Shown: positions 1-9,792 of the stretch, in pieces | How the letters are laid out: every line of letters begins with the position of its first letter | Position numbering within the stretch: position 1 is the stretch's first letter | Virus record (IMG/VR): IMGVR_UViG_3300022917_000008 | Coordinates: 32,001-96,000 of that record | Strand: one strand, 5' to 3' | From: a virus | Lineage: Duplodnaviria > Caudoviricetes | Length of the DNA stretch: 64,000 bases | Notes under the pieces: model-generated | The model's database searches: none | What the model was told of the DNA's origin: nothing | Seen by the model: the letters and a program-made list of their open reading frames with translations, nothing else | Translations under genes and position numbers: made by a program

Positions 1-435
1 CCTAGGATCGATTACCTTATAGAACAGAGCTTGTAACTGGGGTGTTAGCTTGTCATATTCTTTCTGGTATATTCTCCTCAGTGAAGGGGCCTGTCCAATG
101 GACTTCCAGGTCTTCCATAATGGACTCCTCTGGCTTGGAGGAGACATGTATCTCAATACATCAGAAAGCTTACTCATCCTTCTAACAAGGGTTACATACT
201 TTGGATTCCTGAGTCTACCCTTTTGTGCAACAACATCTAGTGCTGCTTGTAGAATGGGGGCATCAGCTCTCCTCTTGATGTCATCCCTTAGTTCTATGTT
301 AATGGTCCAACCATCTTGATATGGTTTTTCCACTGGTACCCAAGGCAAGTTCCTTTCAGCCTGAAGAAGCTCATTGTACTCTTCAGTGAGTGCTAGGTAT
401 CTCCTGTAATTCCTTTCGTGCTTGTCAAGCAGCAT
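1..435 (-). CDS. Hypothetical protein, runs off the left edge
   Basis: ATG at 435 opens MLLDKHERNYRRYLALTEEYNELLQAERNLPWVPVEKPYQDGW...; same strand as neighbouring genes; absent from the ORF track because it is truncated. Confidence 0.7.
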   Translation of the reverse strand, partial: MLLDKHERNYRRYLALTEEYNELLQAERNLPWVPVEKPYQDGWTINIELRDDIKRRADAPILQAALDVVAQKGRLRNPKYVTLVRRMSKLSDVLRYMSPPSQRSPLWKTWKSIGQAPSLRRIYQKEYDKLTPQLQALFYKVIDPR

Positions 436-438
436 ATG

Positions 439-801
439 TTACTTTTTGTATATAGGGTTGTATATCTCCCACAGACTATACTTCTTTCTGAACAGCAAGG
501 TTTTCCTCCTGCTGTAACCTATTGGTTCCCAGTAGGAAGGACTATTTGCTATTTGCATTTCCCTCTCCATCACCCATCCCTTGTATGTTCTGGGTGTGTA
601 GATGGTCTGAAATGTACTCCTCACAGTCCTTGTTCTACCAGTTGGATATGGCTGTGTGTTCAGCCAATCAATTACTCCCTTTGTAATACCCAGAGCAGTC
701 TTTGTCCTAGCATCCACTGAGTATGGTCCATCAACTAGGGGAATTGTCTGTCCAAAGGACAATGCTGGAATCAGCAGTGCTAACAGTGCTAACTTTTTCA
801 T
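439..801 (-). CDS. Hypothetical secreted protein
   Basis: Signal-peptide-like N-terminus MKKLALLALLIPALSFGQ. Confidence 0.7.
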   Translation of the reverse strand: MKKLALLALLIPALSFGQTIPLVDGPYSVDARTKTALGITKGVIDWLNTQPYPTGRTRTVRSTFQTIYTPRTYKGWVMEREMQIANSPSYWEPIGYSRRKTLLFRKKYSLWEIYNPIYKK

Positions 802-823
802 CTATTGGTTTGTTTTGATTAAA

Positions 824-1276
824 CTAATCCCCTCCATCTCCTCCACCATCTGATCCACCTCCATCACTACTACTACCTGCATCTCCACCATCACTACTCT
901 CTCCATCAGTGTCTGCAGTGTCCACATCTTCTTGTATATCAGCTGGTAGGTCTTCTTCTTCAAGATCAAATTCATCCTCACTTATCAACTTGTATCCTCC
1001 TACTGGAGAAAGACCAGGATTGAATGTGGATTTGGTCCATGATAGTCCAGTAAGATCATCCAACTGAACATCACTGAGGAGTGAGAAGAACTCCTCAATT
1101 GCCTTATTCTTGACACTGAATACATACAGGTAGCCAGCTCTATTATTGATGCTGTCTGTCAGTCTATATTCATGCATCTTAACCACCTTAGGTGGACTAG
1201 TACAACTGGCTAACCTTACGCAGGTTAGGAGTATGAGTGGGACTATGAGTCTCAAGAGACTCAGCTTTCTTGTCAT
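824..1276 (-). CDS. Hypothetical lipoprotein-like protein with acidic Gly/Asp tail
   Basis: Hydrophobic N-terminus with LASC lipobox-like motif; DGGG-rich C-terminus. Confidence 0.6.
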   Translation of the reverse strand: MTRKLSLLRLIVPLILLTCVRLASCTSPPKVVKMHEYRLTDSINNRAGYLYVFSVKNKAIEEFFSLLSDVQLDDLTGLSWTKSTFNPGLSPVGGYKLISEDEFDLEEEDLPADIQEDVDTADTDGESSDGGDAGSSSDGGGSDGGGDGGD

Positions 1277-1751
1277 AGTATTCCGATTTGTTGTGCAAAA
1301 GCTCTACCCATGCAAGTACCAGTGTTCCTAGCAGGAATGCTAGGTGGATTATCAAGTACTTCCATAGCTCATCCCAAGGGATGTTCTCCTGCCTTAGTTC
1401 AAGGAAGGTCTTTAACAGATATATAGATGATATGCCAACTAAAGAAGACCCCATCTTGACCTTTAATATTCCACTAGATACATTCTCATTCTTATACCCA
1501 TGGTCCTTGCTAATGAATGAGTTATAAGAGCCTGTGATGATAGATTTGATTAGGTTGGCAACCATAGCTTCATCCACTGCCTCTAGTGACCATACAATGT
1601 CATCAGTTCCAAGATGTCTATGCACACAGGCCTTCACTACTATGTATATCAGTACTACAAACAGCCTAATAATCATGCCTATGAGTACCCATCTACTAGC
1701 AAAGACCAGAGTTTCAATAGCCTTCTTCACCTTCTTCATCATGAGTTTCAA
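1197..1751 (-). CDS. UPF0114/YqhA-like membrane protein
   Basis: Motifs FASRW, LEAVD..MVANL, SGILKVKMGSSLVGISSIYLLKTF and IIHLAF resemble UPF0114. Confidence 0.75.
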   Translation of the reverse strand: MKLMMKKVKKAIETLVFASRWVLIGMIIRLFVVLIYIVVKACVHRHLGTDDIVWSLEAVDEAMVANLIKSIITGSYNSFISKDHGYKNENVSSGILKVKMGSSLVGISSIYLLKTFLELRQENIPWDELWKYLIIHLAFLLGTLVLAWVELLHNKSEYYDKKAESLETHSPTHTPNLRKVSQLY

Positions 1752-1792
1752 GTTAAAAAGGGGGATTGCTCCCCCTTGTGTTTAGGATTTAA

Positions 1793-2410
1793 TCAACGCC
1801 CATTTGGAGTACCCACATTGATGGTACCAACTGAACCTGCCTGTGCTCTCTTTACAGAGGCTTCACGCTCAGATTCAAGTTGCTTCTTCCATTCAGTTGC
1901 CTGAGTAGTAAGAGTAACCACCTGTGCATTGAGGTTGATAATGGAGGCTTTGTTTTCCGCTTCCTTCGTTGCAAACTGTGCCTCAAGCAGTCTTTTTTCA
2001 GCCTCAAACTGAGATTTTGCTATGCCAGTAGCTTTGCCTATTTCAGACTTTACCCTGTCATCAAAACTAGTCTGAAGGTCTGTGAACCCCTTCTGCAGGT
2101 TCTCCAGTTCTTGCTTAGGAACTGACACTAAATTCTGTAAAGCAAGAATCTCTTCAGCTGTCTTCAGAGCACTCTCCTTTACTTTCAAACCAAACTCCAC
2201 ATCATGGGCCCTGAGCTTTTCAGTGTATTCCACATCCAGGGCCTTGATCCTTGCCTCTTTCTGGGCAATCTCATCTGAAAGGTCCTCAGACTTACCACTG
2301 AGTCCAGTAAGTACTTGGGATATTTTGTTCATCTCTTCCACTACAGTGGACAATTTCTTACTTGCTGAACCAACAACTGCCTCAACAGCAGTACTTGTCT
2401 TCTTACTCAT
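1793..2410 (-). CDS. Coiled-coil hypothetical protein
   Basis: 205-aa ORF with E/K/A-rich heptad character. Confidence 0.7.
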   Translation of the reverse strand: MSKKTSTAVEAVVGSASKKLSTVVEEMNKISQVLTGLSGKSEDLSDEIAQKEARIKALDVEYTEKLRAHDVEFGLKVKESALKTAEEILALQNLVSVPKQELENLQKGFTDLQTSFDDRVKSEIGKATGIAKSQFEAEKRLLEAQFATKEAENKASIINLNAQVVTLTTQATEWKKQLESEREASVKRAQAGSVGTINVGTPNGR

Positions 2411-3446
2411 AAAGCTTGTTAAACACTCTCTCTCTCAATCTATTCGTAATACCTAGGGAGCTGTAAGCCCTTACCTTCTCCCCAAGTAGCGTTCCTGCAT
2501 AGGTTGATGTAGGATTACGCAACATTGATTTGATAGCATTGAACCACTCATCTGGTGTGTTGCATAGAGTCACGCCTGCAGTGCCCTTGTAAAAAGACAC
2601 TGAATATGGTTCTACATTTGATGCTATTATAGGAATGCATTTACATCCTGCTTCCAATATCTTTAGATCAGACTTGTGGGCATTGAATGTGGAATCTTCC
2701 AAGGGTGCTAAGGAAACATCAGCATAGGTGTAACACTCCATGTATGAGGCTACAGGTCTAATTGGGAACACTTCATAGTTACCTGCAGGCTTTATTATCT
2801 TCAGCATCTTTTCAGATACATTGTCAATCCTACCTGTTCCAAACTGCTGGTTATACCCTGCTAGTATGATTGTACCCTTAGCCCTGAACTCAGCATCACT
2901 ACCTAACTTCTTAAAGACACTTGCTATGGTCTTCAAGTCGTGAAAGTGTGAGCTTCCCCCTGTATACATGAACCTAACTTTAGTGTCTGGAATCCTGCTT
3001 AGGTTGAACTGTCCACTGTTGTATGGCAATCCGTTAGGAATCACATACACATTCTTGTTAAGTGCCTCAACAGCTACCTTTAACCTGTCATTTGTTACAA
3101 TAACAGCATCAGCTATTGATATGCACCTTTGAATCTGTTCATGTGTCTTATTCCTTGCCCATACTGCAGCCATTTCATGATGGGGATAAAGCACCCAATG
3201 GTCATCCACATCAACTACGATCTTGAATCCAAATTCCTCCCTCTTTTTTAATAATGCATCAATAGAGAATGTTGGTACTCTATTGAACCACACTATGTTA
3301 GCCCATCTAAGTCTGTCATCAGTTGGAGTATGCTGTTGTGTCCATGTAAATACACTCAGGTTCATGTTCCCCATGTATGTTGCTGGTAGTAACACCCTAT
3401 GGTAGGAACATCCAATCTCTTCATGGTGGTTTGCTATTATATTCAT
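2403..3446 (-). CDS. Glycosyltransferase, GT-B (GT4-like)
   Basis: VVDVDDHW, VIPNG, YTGGSSH..D, APLEDSTFNAHKSDLKILEAG, IIASNVEPY motifs. Confidence 0.85.
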   Translation of the reverse strand: MNIIANHHEEIGCSYHRVLLPATYMGNMNLSVFTWTQQHTPTDDRLRWANIVWFNRVPTFSIDALLKKREEFGFKIVVDVDDHWVLYPHHEMAAVWARNKTHEQIQRCISIADAVIVTNDRLKVAVEALNKNVYVIPNGLPYNSGQFNLSRIPDTKVRFMYTGGSSHFHDLKTIASVFKKLGSDAEFRAKGTIILAGYNQQFGTGRIDNVSEKMLKIIKPAGNYEVFPIRPVASYMECYTYADVSLAPLEDSTFNAHKSDLKILEAGCKCIPIIASNVEPYSVSFYKGTAGVTLCNTPDEWFNAIKSMLRNPTSTYAGTLLGEKVRAYSSLGITNRLRERVFNKLYE

Positions 3447-3528
3447 GGTAATTAGTCAAAGTCACGCCAATCCCCTTCTGGTTTACTCCAGAAGAGAAGT
3501 AATAGAAATAAGCCAATTAGTAGACAGA

Positions 3529-4314
3529 TCATCTCTTCTTTATTGTTAGCATTGTGTATGGTAATAGCCACTCACGTACCTTACGTAGTAGTATATCCAT
3601 ACATATGCCAGTTAACAAAATCAGTAATTGAATAGCCCACACATAGTCGAACTTGAAGTACTTGTTCTGATCACTAATAATCACACCAATACCTCCATCA
3701 CTCTTGCATAGGTTCTCCACCATTGCTATCATCATCCAAGCCATAGCAAAGTTTTGCCTTATAGCCTCAAGCACTTCCCCTAGTTTACCTAATATGATCA
3801 CTTCCCACACTACCCTCCATTCTGAGAACCTTAGTGTTCTGGCATAGTTTAGCTCGTCTTGTGTAGTCCCACTTATTATATTTAGTATAGAAGTCATGAA
3901 AAACACACTTATGCCAAACACCAATAAGTAGACCTTCTGGGAATCCACGTCTCCCCCTGCTATCTTTAGGAACAAGAATGTTAATCCAACGGTTGGTAAG
4001 AACCTTAGCTTTGTTCCTAGTAATGCTAGTGAGGTGAAGAGTGGTAGAACTGATGCATAGCAAAGTACGAGGCTTACAAGGGCTGCATAAAACATTGCTT
4101 GAGTACATAGTCCAATTGATTTAAGAAACTCTCTAAACACTCCTTTATGAAGTATCAGATCAACTAGGGCCCTAGCTATTTCTAAAGGTCTTGGGAACAG
4201 CGTATTGTTAGTGAAATCCCACAATAGCATCACCACTAATAGCTGGCAGGCCACTAGCAGGATTCCTTCCTTTCTGTTCAGTGATGCATTGGGTGTTATT
4301 AATTTTTTGTACAC
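3529..4314 (-). CDS. ABC transporter permease (NitT/TauT/SsuC-like)
   Basis: Several TM segments; EAA-like loop YARTLRFSEWRVVWEVI; W....VE......GGIG motif. Confidence 0.85.
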   Translation of the reverse strand: MYKKLITPNASLNRKEGILLVACQLLVVMLLWDFTNNTLFPRPLEIARALVDLILHKGVFREFLKSIGLCTQAMFYAALVSLVLCYASVLPLFTSLALLGTKLRFLPTVGLTFLFLKIAGGDVDSQKVYLLVFGISVFFMTSILNIISGTTQDELNYARTLRFSEWRVVWEVIILGKLGEVLEAIRQNFAMAWMMIAMVENLCKSDGGIGVIISDQNKYFKFDYVWAIQLLILLTGICMDILLRKVREWLLPYTMLTIKKR

Positions 4315-4485
4315 TTTTCCAGGTTTTAATGGTGAAGGAAGCTATAGACCTACCATTGTGACAATACATCCAGCACACTGCATGCCAACTACCTAACAAC
4401 CCCTGCAGAGTGAATACCTTAAGTGCTGAGTGTATACCTGGAATAGTAGATTCCAAGGATTGATGGGTATCAGTTTCCATAGTAG

Positions 4486-4707
4486 TTACTTTACATTGAG
4501 AAGAAACAGCTCAAACATTTCCCTAGCTACTTTTTGGTTATCCATCTGAGTTCTCATCTCACTCATACACACCTGCACACTTAGGTCTGGGTGGTACACC
4601 TTCACTCCTCTTGGATAAGTGTTGACTTGTTGTCCACCATATGGTCTGTAAGGCCATACTTCCCACTTAAGCTCACTAAGGATTTTGTCAATCTCTTCTC
4701 TTGTCAT
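4486..4707 (-). CDS. Stand-alone class I release factor GGQ (RF-1) domain protein
   Basis: GGQQVNT..GVKVYHP..VQVCMSEMRTQMDNQKVA aligns by eye with the RF consensus GGQHVNK..AVRITH..IVV.CQ.ERSQ..NK..A. Confidence 0.7.
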   Translation of the reverse strand: MTREEIDKILSELKWEVWPYRPYGGQQVNTYPRGVKVYHPDLSVQVCMSEMRTQMDNQKVAREMFELFLLNVK

Positions 4708-4774
4708 GTGATAGAAAAAGTGGGCTCCAGCCCCAATCAGTCTTTACTGGAGCCCTATTAAAGAATGAATGACA

Positions 4775-6595
4775 CTACTTTGCTCTCAACAGCTTGATTT
4801 CCACCCTTCTGTTCTTAGCCCTAGTTGTAGGACTATTCTGGTCAGCAGATGGATCAAGTGGTCTGTCACTACCAAACCCTGTAGAAGTGGTCCTGGGAGA
4901 GAATTCCTCATTCTTGCCTATGAGGTACACAGATACAGCTTTAGCTCTTGCATCAGACAAGTCCTTGTTCTTAGCAGGATCACCTGTATTATCAGTATGC
5001 CCACTAACCTCAATGAATAGATCAGATGCTACAGTCAGCTTGTCTGCAATCTTGTCTAGTATTGCATAGGAAGAAGGACTGATAACAGCTGAACCTGTCT
5101 GGAAGTTTATACTATAGGAAGCATCAGCAGCAGTGGTACCCTTAGTTGCTCTACTAAAGTCTACCTTAGATACACTACCAGCTGTTCCTTTGTTCTTGCT
5201 ATATGCAGCCTTGAGGAAGGACCAGTCTGTTACACTATTATAGTCAGGAAAAGAAGGTATTACTTCAGGGTATGCCTCAGTACATATCTTACCAAAGGTA
5301 TTATATACCGCCTTGTAATTATCCTTAGTACCATCAGCACCAGTATAATTGGCGGCATCAGCAAGATTAAATACCCTACTACCACCAATGTTGACAACAT
5401 TACCATCATCATCAGTGAAGTCATAGCTCAGGTATCCTTTGTACCAATCTTCCTCATGCATTACCTGATCCTGATATACAGCATCAGCTACCTTAGCTGC
5501 AAACCTTAGTGCATCATCATGGCTCTTTACCTGGTCACCACCTTTGCCTACCATAGTACAGAACTTCTCCATAATCTCCCTATTATCCTGTGCCCACTTC
5601 TTTATGAAGATGATGGCGTTAGGCATCTGGGCTGCAAAGTCCTTAGTGGAGGCAATTGAGACCAGACCACCCTTCTTTTGAACAGCATAAAGGTCTCCTG
5701 GGAACCATGTGACAACTCCTGTAATGCCCACTGTGGTATCTTTTCCAGTTCTATGGCCATTCTCCACAAGTGCCAGCTTGACTTGCTGTCCTGCCACATA
5801 TGCTTTTGCAGCCTCCATGTAGTCATCATTAGGAGCTGGTATGAAATTGACCTTAGTCCTGTCATATGTGGTGTTATCATTGTTGACATCCCATCCATTG
5901 AGTTGGCTTTTTATTACAGCAACATTCCAGTCACCATCCCTGATAACCCCTACATTGACTGATCCTCTTGCGTCTTTTTCATATTTCTTCTTGATGAGCC
6001 ACTTGTCTTCACCATAAGATGCACCTCCAAAAGTAACAACAGTAGGCACATACTCAGGACCAAAATCCTTTTTAAGTCTGGCCTCAAGCCCTGCAAAATA
6101 AGACGGGACACCATCTCCCATCCAAGCAATGAAATGAGTACCAGTAGCAGGATTACTCTCACCTTTACTAAGTGCTTGAGCAAATGCATATAAGTCCTCC
6201 CCTTGTTTGCTAGTGTTATTCTGAACACTAAGTTTAATATTTAATCCCAGCTCCTCTGCTATGCTACCTTTGGCAGTACTTGTACCACCTACAGCATACA
6301 TGAGGCCCATCTGGGCATTCCATCCCATTAGTTCTCCTCTTACCTCAGGGCCATTGATGGCTACTGCATTGCCAAAATCAGGTATAGGCCTTGTAGGAGC
6401 ATTGGCATTCTTGTCATATGCCAGTGGAGGTAGGGTGGAGGAGGCCTTAGTCACAATCTTGTCCTGTTTGGCAGCTGGGGGGAAAGCCTTTGTATACCCC
6501 CATTTACCTAGGAAGAACAGTCCTACCAGTACTATCAACAGTAGTACTTTGCCTCCTGGCTGTAGGTTATTGAAAAATCTTGATGCTTTGCTCAT
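4775..6595 (-). CDS. Membrane-anchored substrate-binding-like protein fused to an OmpA C-terminal domain
   Basis: N-terminal TM; C-terminal GHTDNTG..N..LS..RA..V and NRRVEI OmpA motifs; start moved to ATG 6595 (MSKASRFF), which follows an A-rich leader. Confidence 0.8.
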   Translation of the reverse strand: MSKASRFFNNLQPGGKVLLLIVLVGLFFLGKWGYTKAFPPAAKQDKIVTKASSTLPPLAYDKNANAPTRPIPDFGNAVAINGPEVRGELMGWNAQMGLMYAVGGTSTAKGSIAEELGLNIKLSVQNNTSKQGEDLYAFAQALSKGESNPATGTHFIAWMGDGVPSYFAGLEARLKKDFGPEYVPTVVTFGGASYGEDKWLIKKKYEKDARGSVNVGVIRDGDWNVAVIKSQLNGWDVNNDNTTYDRTKVNFIPAPNDDYMEAAKAYVAGQQVKLALVENGHRTGKDTTVGITGVVTWFPGDLYAVQKKGGLVSIASTKDFAAQMPNAIIFIKKWAQDNREIMEKFCTMVGKGGDQVKSHDDALRFAAKVADAVYQDQVMHEEDWYKGYLSYDFTDDDGNVVNIGGSRVFNLADAANYTGADGTKDNYKAVYNTFGKICTEAYPEVIPSFPDYNSVTDWSFLKAAYSKNKGTAGSVSKVDFSRATKGTTAADASYSINFQTGSAVISPSSYAILDKIADKLTVASDLFIEVSGHTDNTGDPAKNKDLSDARAKAVSVYLIGKNEEFSPRTTSTGFGSDRPLDPSADQNSPTTRAKNRRVEIKLLRAK

Positions 6596-6736
6596 TTTTG
6601 TTTGGTTTGTTGTTTGGTTATGACTTCTTTTTGAATAGATTGGATAGCTTTTTGTGTGCAAACCAGCCTAGTAGAAAACATGCTACTCCATATATGATGG
6701 ATTCAAGGCTGGAAAACACAAATAGACCTAGTACCA

Positions 6737-7714
6737 TTAGTCTAAGAGTTTAAAGTTTGATTGAACTACTTCTGCTTCAGGTATCTTGTTGAAGTTGAAC
6801 TGAGGCACAGGCTTTGAATAGTCATCAGGAAGCATCAGTTTGCCATCCCTCATGTAACTATCCAACATGTTGAGTCCTTCATCATGTTGCATTTGGTTCT
6901 CCACCTTAATTCCTGCCATAATGTCCTTACTTCTCTTTTCAAAGTCTTCAATGTAGGCAATCTTGTGTGTGACACTTTCCTCCAATGCCTTCAGTGATTC
7001 CTGGTATATCCTGCCTTCTTCAGTATCACCACTAAGGAATGCTTCAGCTTGATTAAGTGCCCTAGCCTGATCCCTTAGCATGACATACTCTTCTCTTTTC
7101 CTTGCTACTTCTTCCTTGAGTTTAATGATAGACATACCCCAGTTATCAGCTAATAGGTCCAGGAATTCAAGGCTCTTAGTCATCCTCTCATAGTTGGGAG
7201 TGTACAACCTAATGCTTTGTTGTGCACCTGCAGCTCTACTACCACACAAAGAGGCTGTACTAAGGTCCTTCAATTGCTTAGCTGCAGCACCTTTTTTGAG
7301 ATTTTCCTCCACTTGTGCATTCAGCTCCTTTAGCTTCCTCTCAGTCTCTACCTTCCTACCTTTAAGCTGTACTTTAATCTTATTCAGGTTTGCTAGTTTC
7401 TCCTGTAGTATCTCCACATACCTATCCATGTATGAGAGAGGGTCTAACTTAATGAAGAAGCTGATGAACTTATGTATAATGTTCTTGTAAGTCATTACAA
7501 AGAACTTAGGATTGAAGAATGCAGTAAGGACTATCAATGCTATGGGTGCTCCATATACAATAGTCCATAGTGTACTCTTCAATGTCTGCTCTACAAAGGG
7601 TACTATTAACCCCCAAAAGAAGAAGATTGCAGCTCCTATACCTAATGGAATTGCATATCTTATTGCCTTCTCTATAACTGGGGGCCTCCCTCCACTACTG
7701 GGTAGTTGTTCCAT
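6737..7714 (-). CDS. Membrane-anchored coiled-coil protein (PspA/IM30-like)
   Basis: Two N-terminal TM segments, then DP followed by a long helical coiled coil. Confidence 0.55.
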   Translation of the reverse strand: MEQLPSSGGRPPVIEKAIRYAIPLGIGAAIFFFWGLIVPFVEQTLKSTLWTIVYGAPIALIVLTAFFNPKFFVMTYKNIIHKFISFFIKLDPLSYMDRYVEILQEKLANLNKIKVQLKGRKVETERKLKELNAQVEENLKKGAAAKQLKDLSTASLCGSRAAGAQQSIRLYTPNYERMTKSLEFLDLLADNWGMSIIKLKEEVARKREEYVMLRDQARALNQAEAFLSGDTEEGRIYQESLKALEESVTHKIAYIEDFEKRSKDIMAGIKVENQMQHDEGLNMLDSYMRDGKLMLPDDYSKPVPQFNFNKIPEAEVVQSNFKLLD

Positions 7715-8360
7715 TTATCAGGTATTTTTGAATGTTCTCTCTATCCTGCATGATCTTCTCAATGAAGTTCTTGTAGGACACTTCAAATGTTGTTTTCTTG
7801 ATTTCCAGCTTGCCCTTATTAGCAATGACATCACCATTTAGTTTGGCCATTTGCTGGGCATTGGCACTCAGTTTGTTGGTAAGCTCTTCATTTTCAAGCC
7901 TCAACCTCTCTATAGCACTCTCCATGTTCTTTATGGATTGTGCTGCAGTACTAACTGAGGCATCAAACTCACTACTTTTCTTCTGCCCTAGTATGGCAAT
8001 ATACTTACCTGCAGCATCAACTAGGGACTCTGCTGTAACTCCTTGTGCTTGGAACCCAGCAAATACACTCATATACTTCTGTTGTTCAGTGAGTGGAACA
8101 GCAGCAAGTGCTTGGAGTGCTTTGGCAAACTCATAATAATCTGGTCCTGGTAGATTAGCATCATCCATTAACTTCATTAGATACTTGTTGAACTCACTAG
8201 TGGAGTTCTGATCTAACTGGGGAACTGTATGCACTCCAGCTGACGTGGCTCCCATCATACTAACCCCACTACCACTAGGTCCTGTTGTAGGCTTAACAGT
8301 GGTTATCTTTTTGTCTGGTGGTGGTGTATCACTCTTTATGAAAAAGTCCTTGAATGACAT
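7695..8360 (-). CDS. Hypothetical coiled-coil protein, first gene of the membrane cluster
   Basis: 221-aa ORF overlapping the next gene. Confidence 0.7.
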   Translation of the reverse strand: MSFKDFFIKSDTPPPDKKITTVKPTTGPSGSGVSMMGATSAGVHTVPQLDQNSTSEFNKYLMKLMDDANLPGPDYYEFAKALQALAAVPLTEQQKYMSVFAGFQAQGVTAESLVDAAGKYIAILGQKKSSEFDASVSTAAQSIKNMESAIERLRLENEELTNKLSANAQQMAKLNGDVIANKGKLEIKKTTFEVSYKNFIEKIMQDRENIQKYLINGTTTQ

Positions 8361-8429
8361 AACGATTGATTTAAAAATGAGGAGGAAGGCTGGGACCCTC
8401 CTCCTCTATATTACAAAGCAGAGACAGGA

Positions 8430-9371
8430 CTATGATTGAGGCTGTGCTTCAATAGACCTTTCACCTGCTTCCCTGGCTCTCTGAGCCTTGGTTTCTTCAT
8501 CCACCTCATTTGCCTCAGCTGTAGGTGCAGTCCTTGTAGGTTCAGGCCTTGGTCTCAGCAGGTTGCTGGTATAACCAGGCCTTCTGTTCTGCAAGCCTTC
8601 CTGTGCAGGCACACCAGCAGGTGATCCAGGCAGTGTTGGGACACTAATACCAGCTTTAGCCATAGCAGCACGTACAGAGGAACCTGTTATAGTGTTGTTA
8701 TGAGTAATGATGATATCTTCATCCCACATCTTGCCTGTCTTGGGATCATCCATACCTTCAACAGACAGGTGCCTGTTAGCATAGATTTTGTGCTCCACAC
8801 CCTTGGTGTCAGTGTAGATCAGCAGATCACCACCATTACCAGCAGTCTTGGGCCTCTGTTCCCCAGGTGTCTTGTCCTTGTTGACCCATGTGCGGCCTAC
8901 AAAGCTGTCCTCCTCTACAATCTTGCTCTTCAGTTCTTTGCCCTTGAGGTCAATGAACCTGTAAAGCAGTGGGCCACCAGGCTGACCAGGCTCACCATCA
9001 AAAGTGAGCCATCCCTGATACTTCACACCTTCAATTACAGTGACAGCCTCTCCAACCTCTTCCCAGGTCTTGATGAACCCATCTCCAATGGCCTTCATAG
9101 TGCTGTAATTCATCCAGGTAACCCTTTTCCTGGGACCTGTATTGAATGCACTGTGTCCAGCCATTGTCACTGCAAGCAGCCCACTCTGGTTACCCAGGGG
9201 TTGTGGAAACAGCTGTTCCAGCTGAAGCTCCAAAGTTTGCTTGTCTGCTCCCACTGTCCTGATCCTACTGACCAATACAGGGGTGATGGGTTCTGAATTA
9301 GCCACTTTGGCTCCCTCAGGCAGGTTCAGTACTCTGACCTGTGTCTGAGGCATTGATTGTGTTGTTTGCAT
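8430..9371 (-). CDS. Hypothetical phage protein
   Basis: 313-aa ORF with a low-complexity Pro/Glu-rich C-terminus. Confidence 0.75.
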   Translation of the reverse strand: MQTTQSMPQTQVRVLNLPEGAKVANSEPITPVLVSRIRTVGADKQTLELQLEQLFPQPLGNQSGLLAVTMAGHSAFNTGPRKRVTWMNYSTMKAIGDGFIKTWEEVGEAVTVIEGVKYQGWLTFDGEPGQPGGPLLYRFIDLKGKELKSKIVEEDSFVGRTWVNKDKTPGEQRPKTAGNGGDLLIYTDTKGVEHKIYANRHLSVEGMDDPKTGKMWDEDIIITHNNTITGSSVRAAMAKAGISVPTLPGSPAGVPAQEGLQNRRPGYTSNLLRPRPEPTRTAPTAEANEVDEETKAQRAREAGERSIEAQPQS

Positions 9372-9426
9372 TTTGATGCGTTTTTAAGTTAATAAATGTT
9401 TACATGCCCTTATAATGAGTAGCCCA

Positions 9427-9681
9427 TTAGGATTCCTGGATGTTAACCTCCAGTCTTCTTCTGTGAGCCACCAAAAGCTTATGAATAGAGTCTAGCAGCC
9501 TGAAACAGTTCTCCTTTGTATCAGGTTTTCCCCTAAATGCTCTAGTTCTTAAGTAGTCTTTTCTCTTTTCCCTATATGCTAAGGTGGGAACATAGGTCCT
9601 CTTACCATCTGTATGCACCAGCAAAGTGCCACCACCTTTGGTTTTGTATGCTTTCAGGACGGCCATAATAGTATTGTACAA
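9427..9681 (-). CDS. Small basic hypothetical protein
   Basis: 84-aa ORF on the coding strand. Confidence 0.5.
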   Translation of the reverse strand: MYNTIMAVLKAYKTKGGGTLLVHTDGKRTYVPTLAYREKRKDYLRTRAFRGKPDTKENCFRLLDSIHKLLVAHRRRLEVNIQES

Positions 9682-9792
9682 TGTAGTGGAGAATCTTCTT
9701 CAGAAAAAGATAGGGGAGTGTGGAGAGAAGCAGCTCTCCCTTCCACAAAGAAAGCTGTCAGCAAACATGTGGGAGTTCTCCCCTACCTAGTA

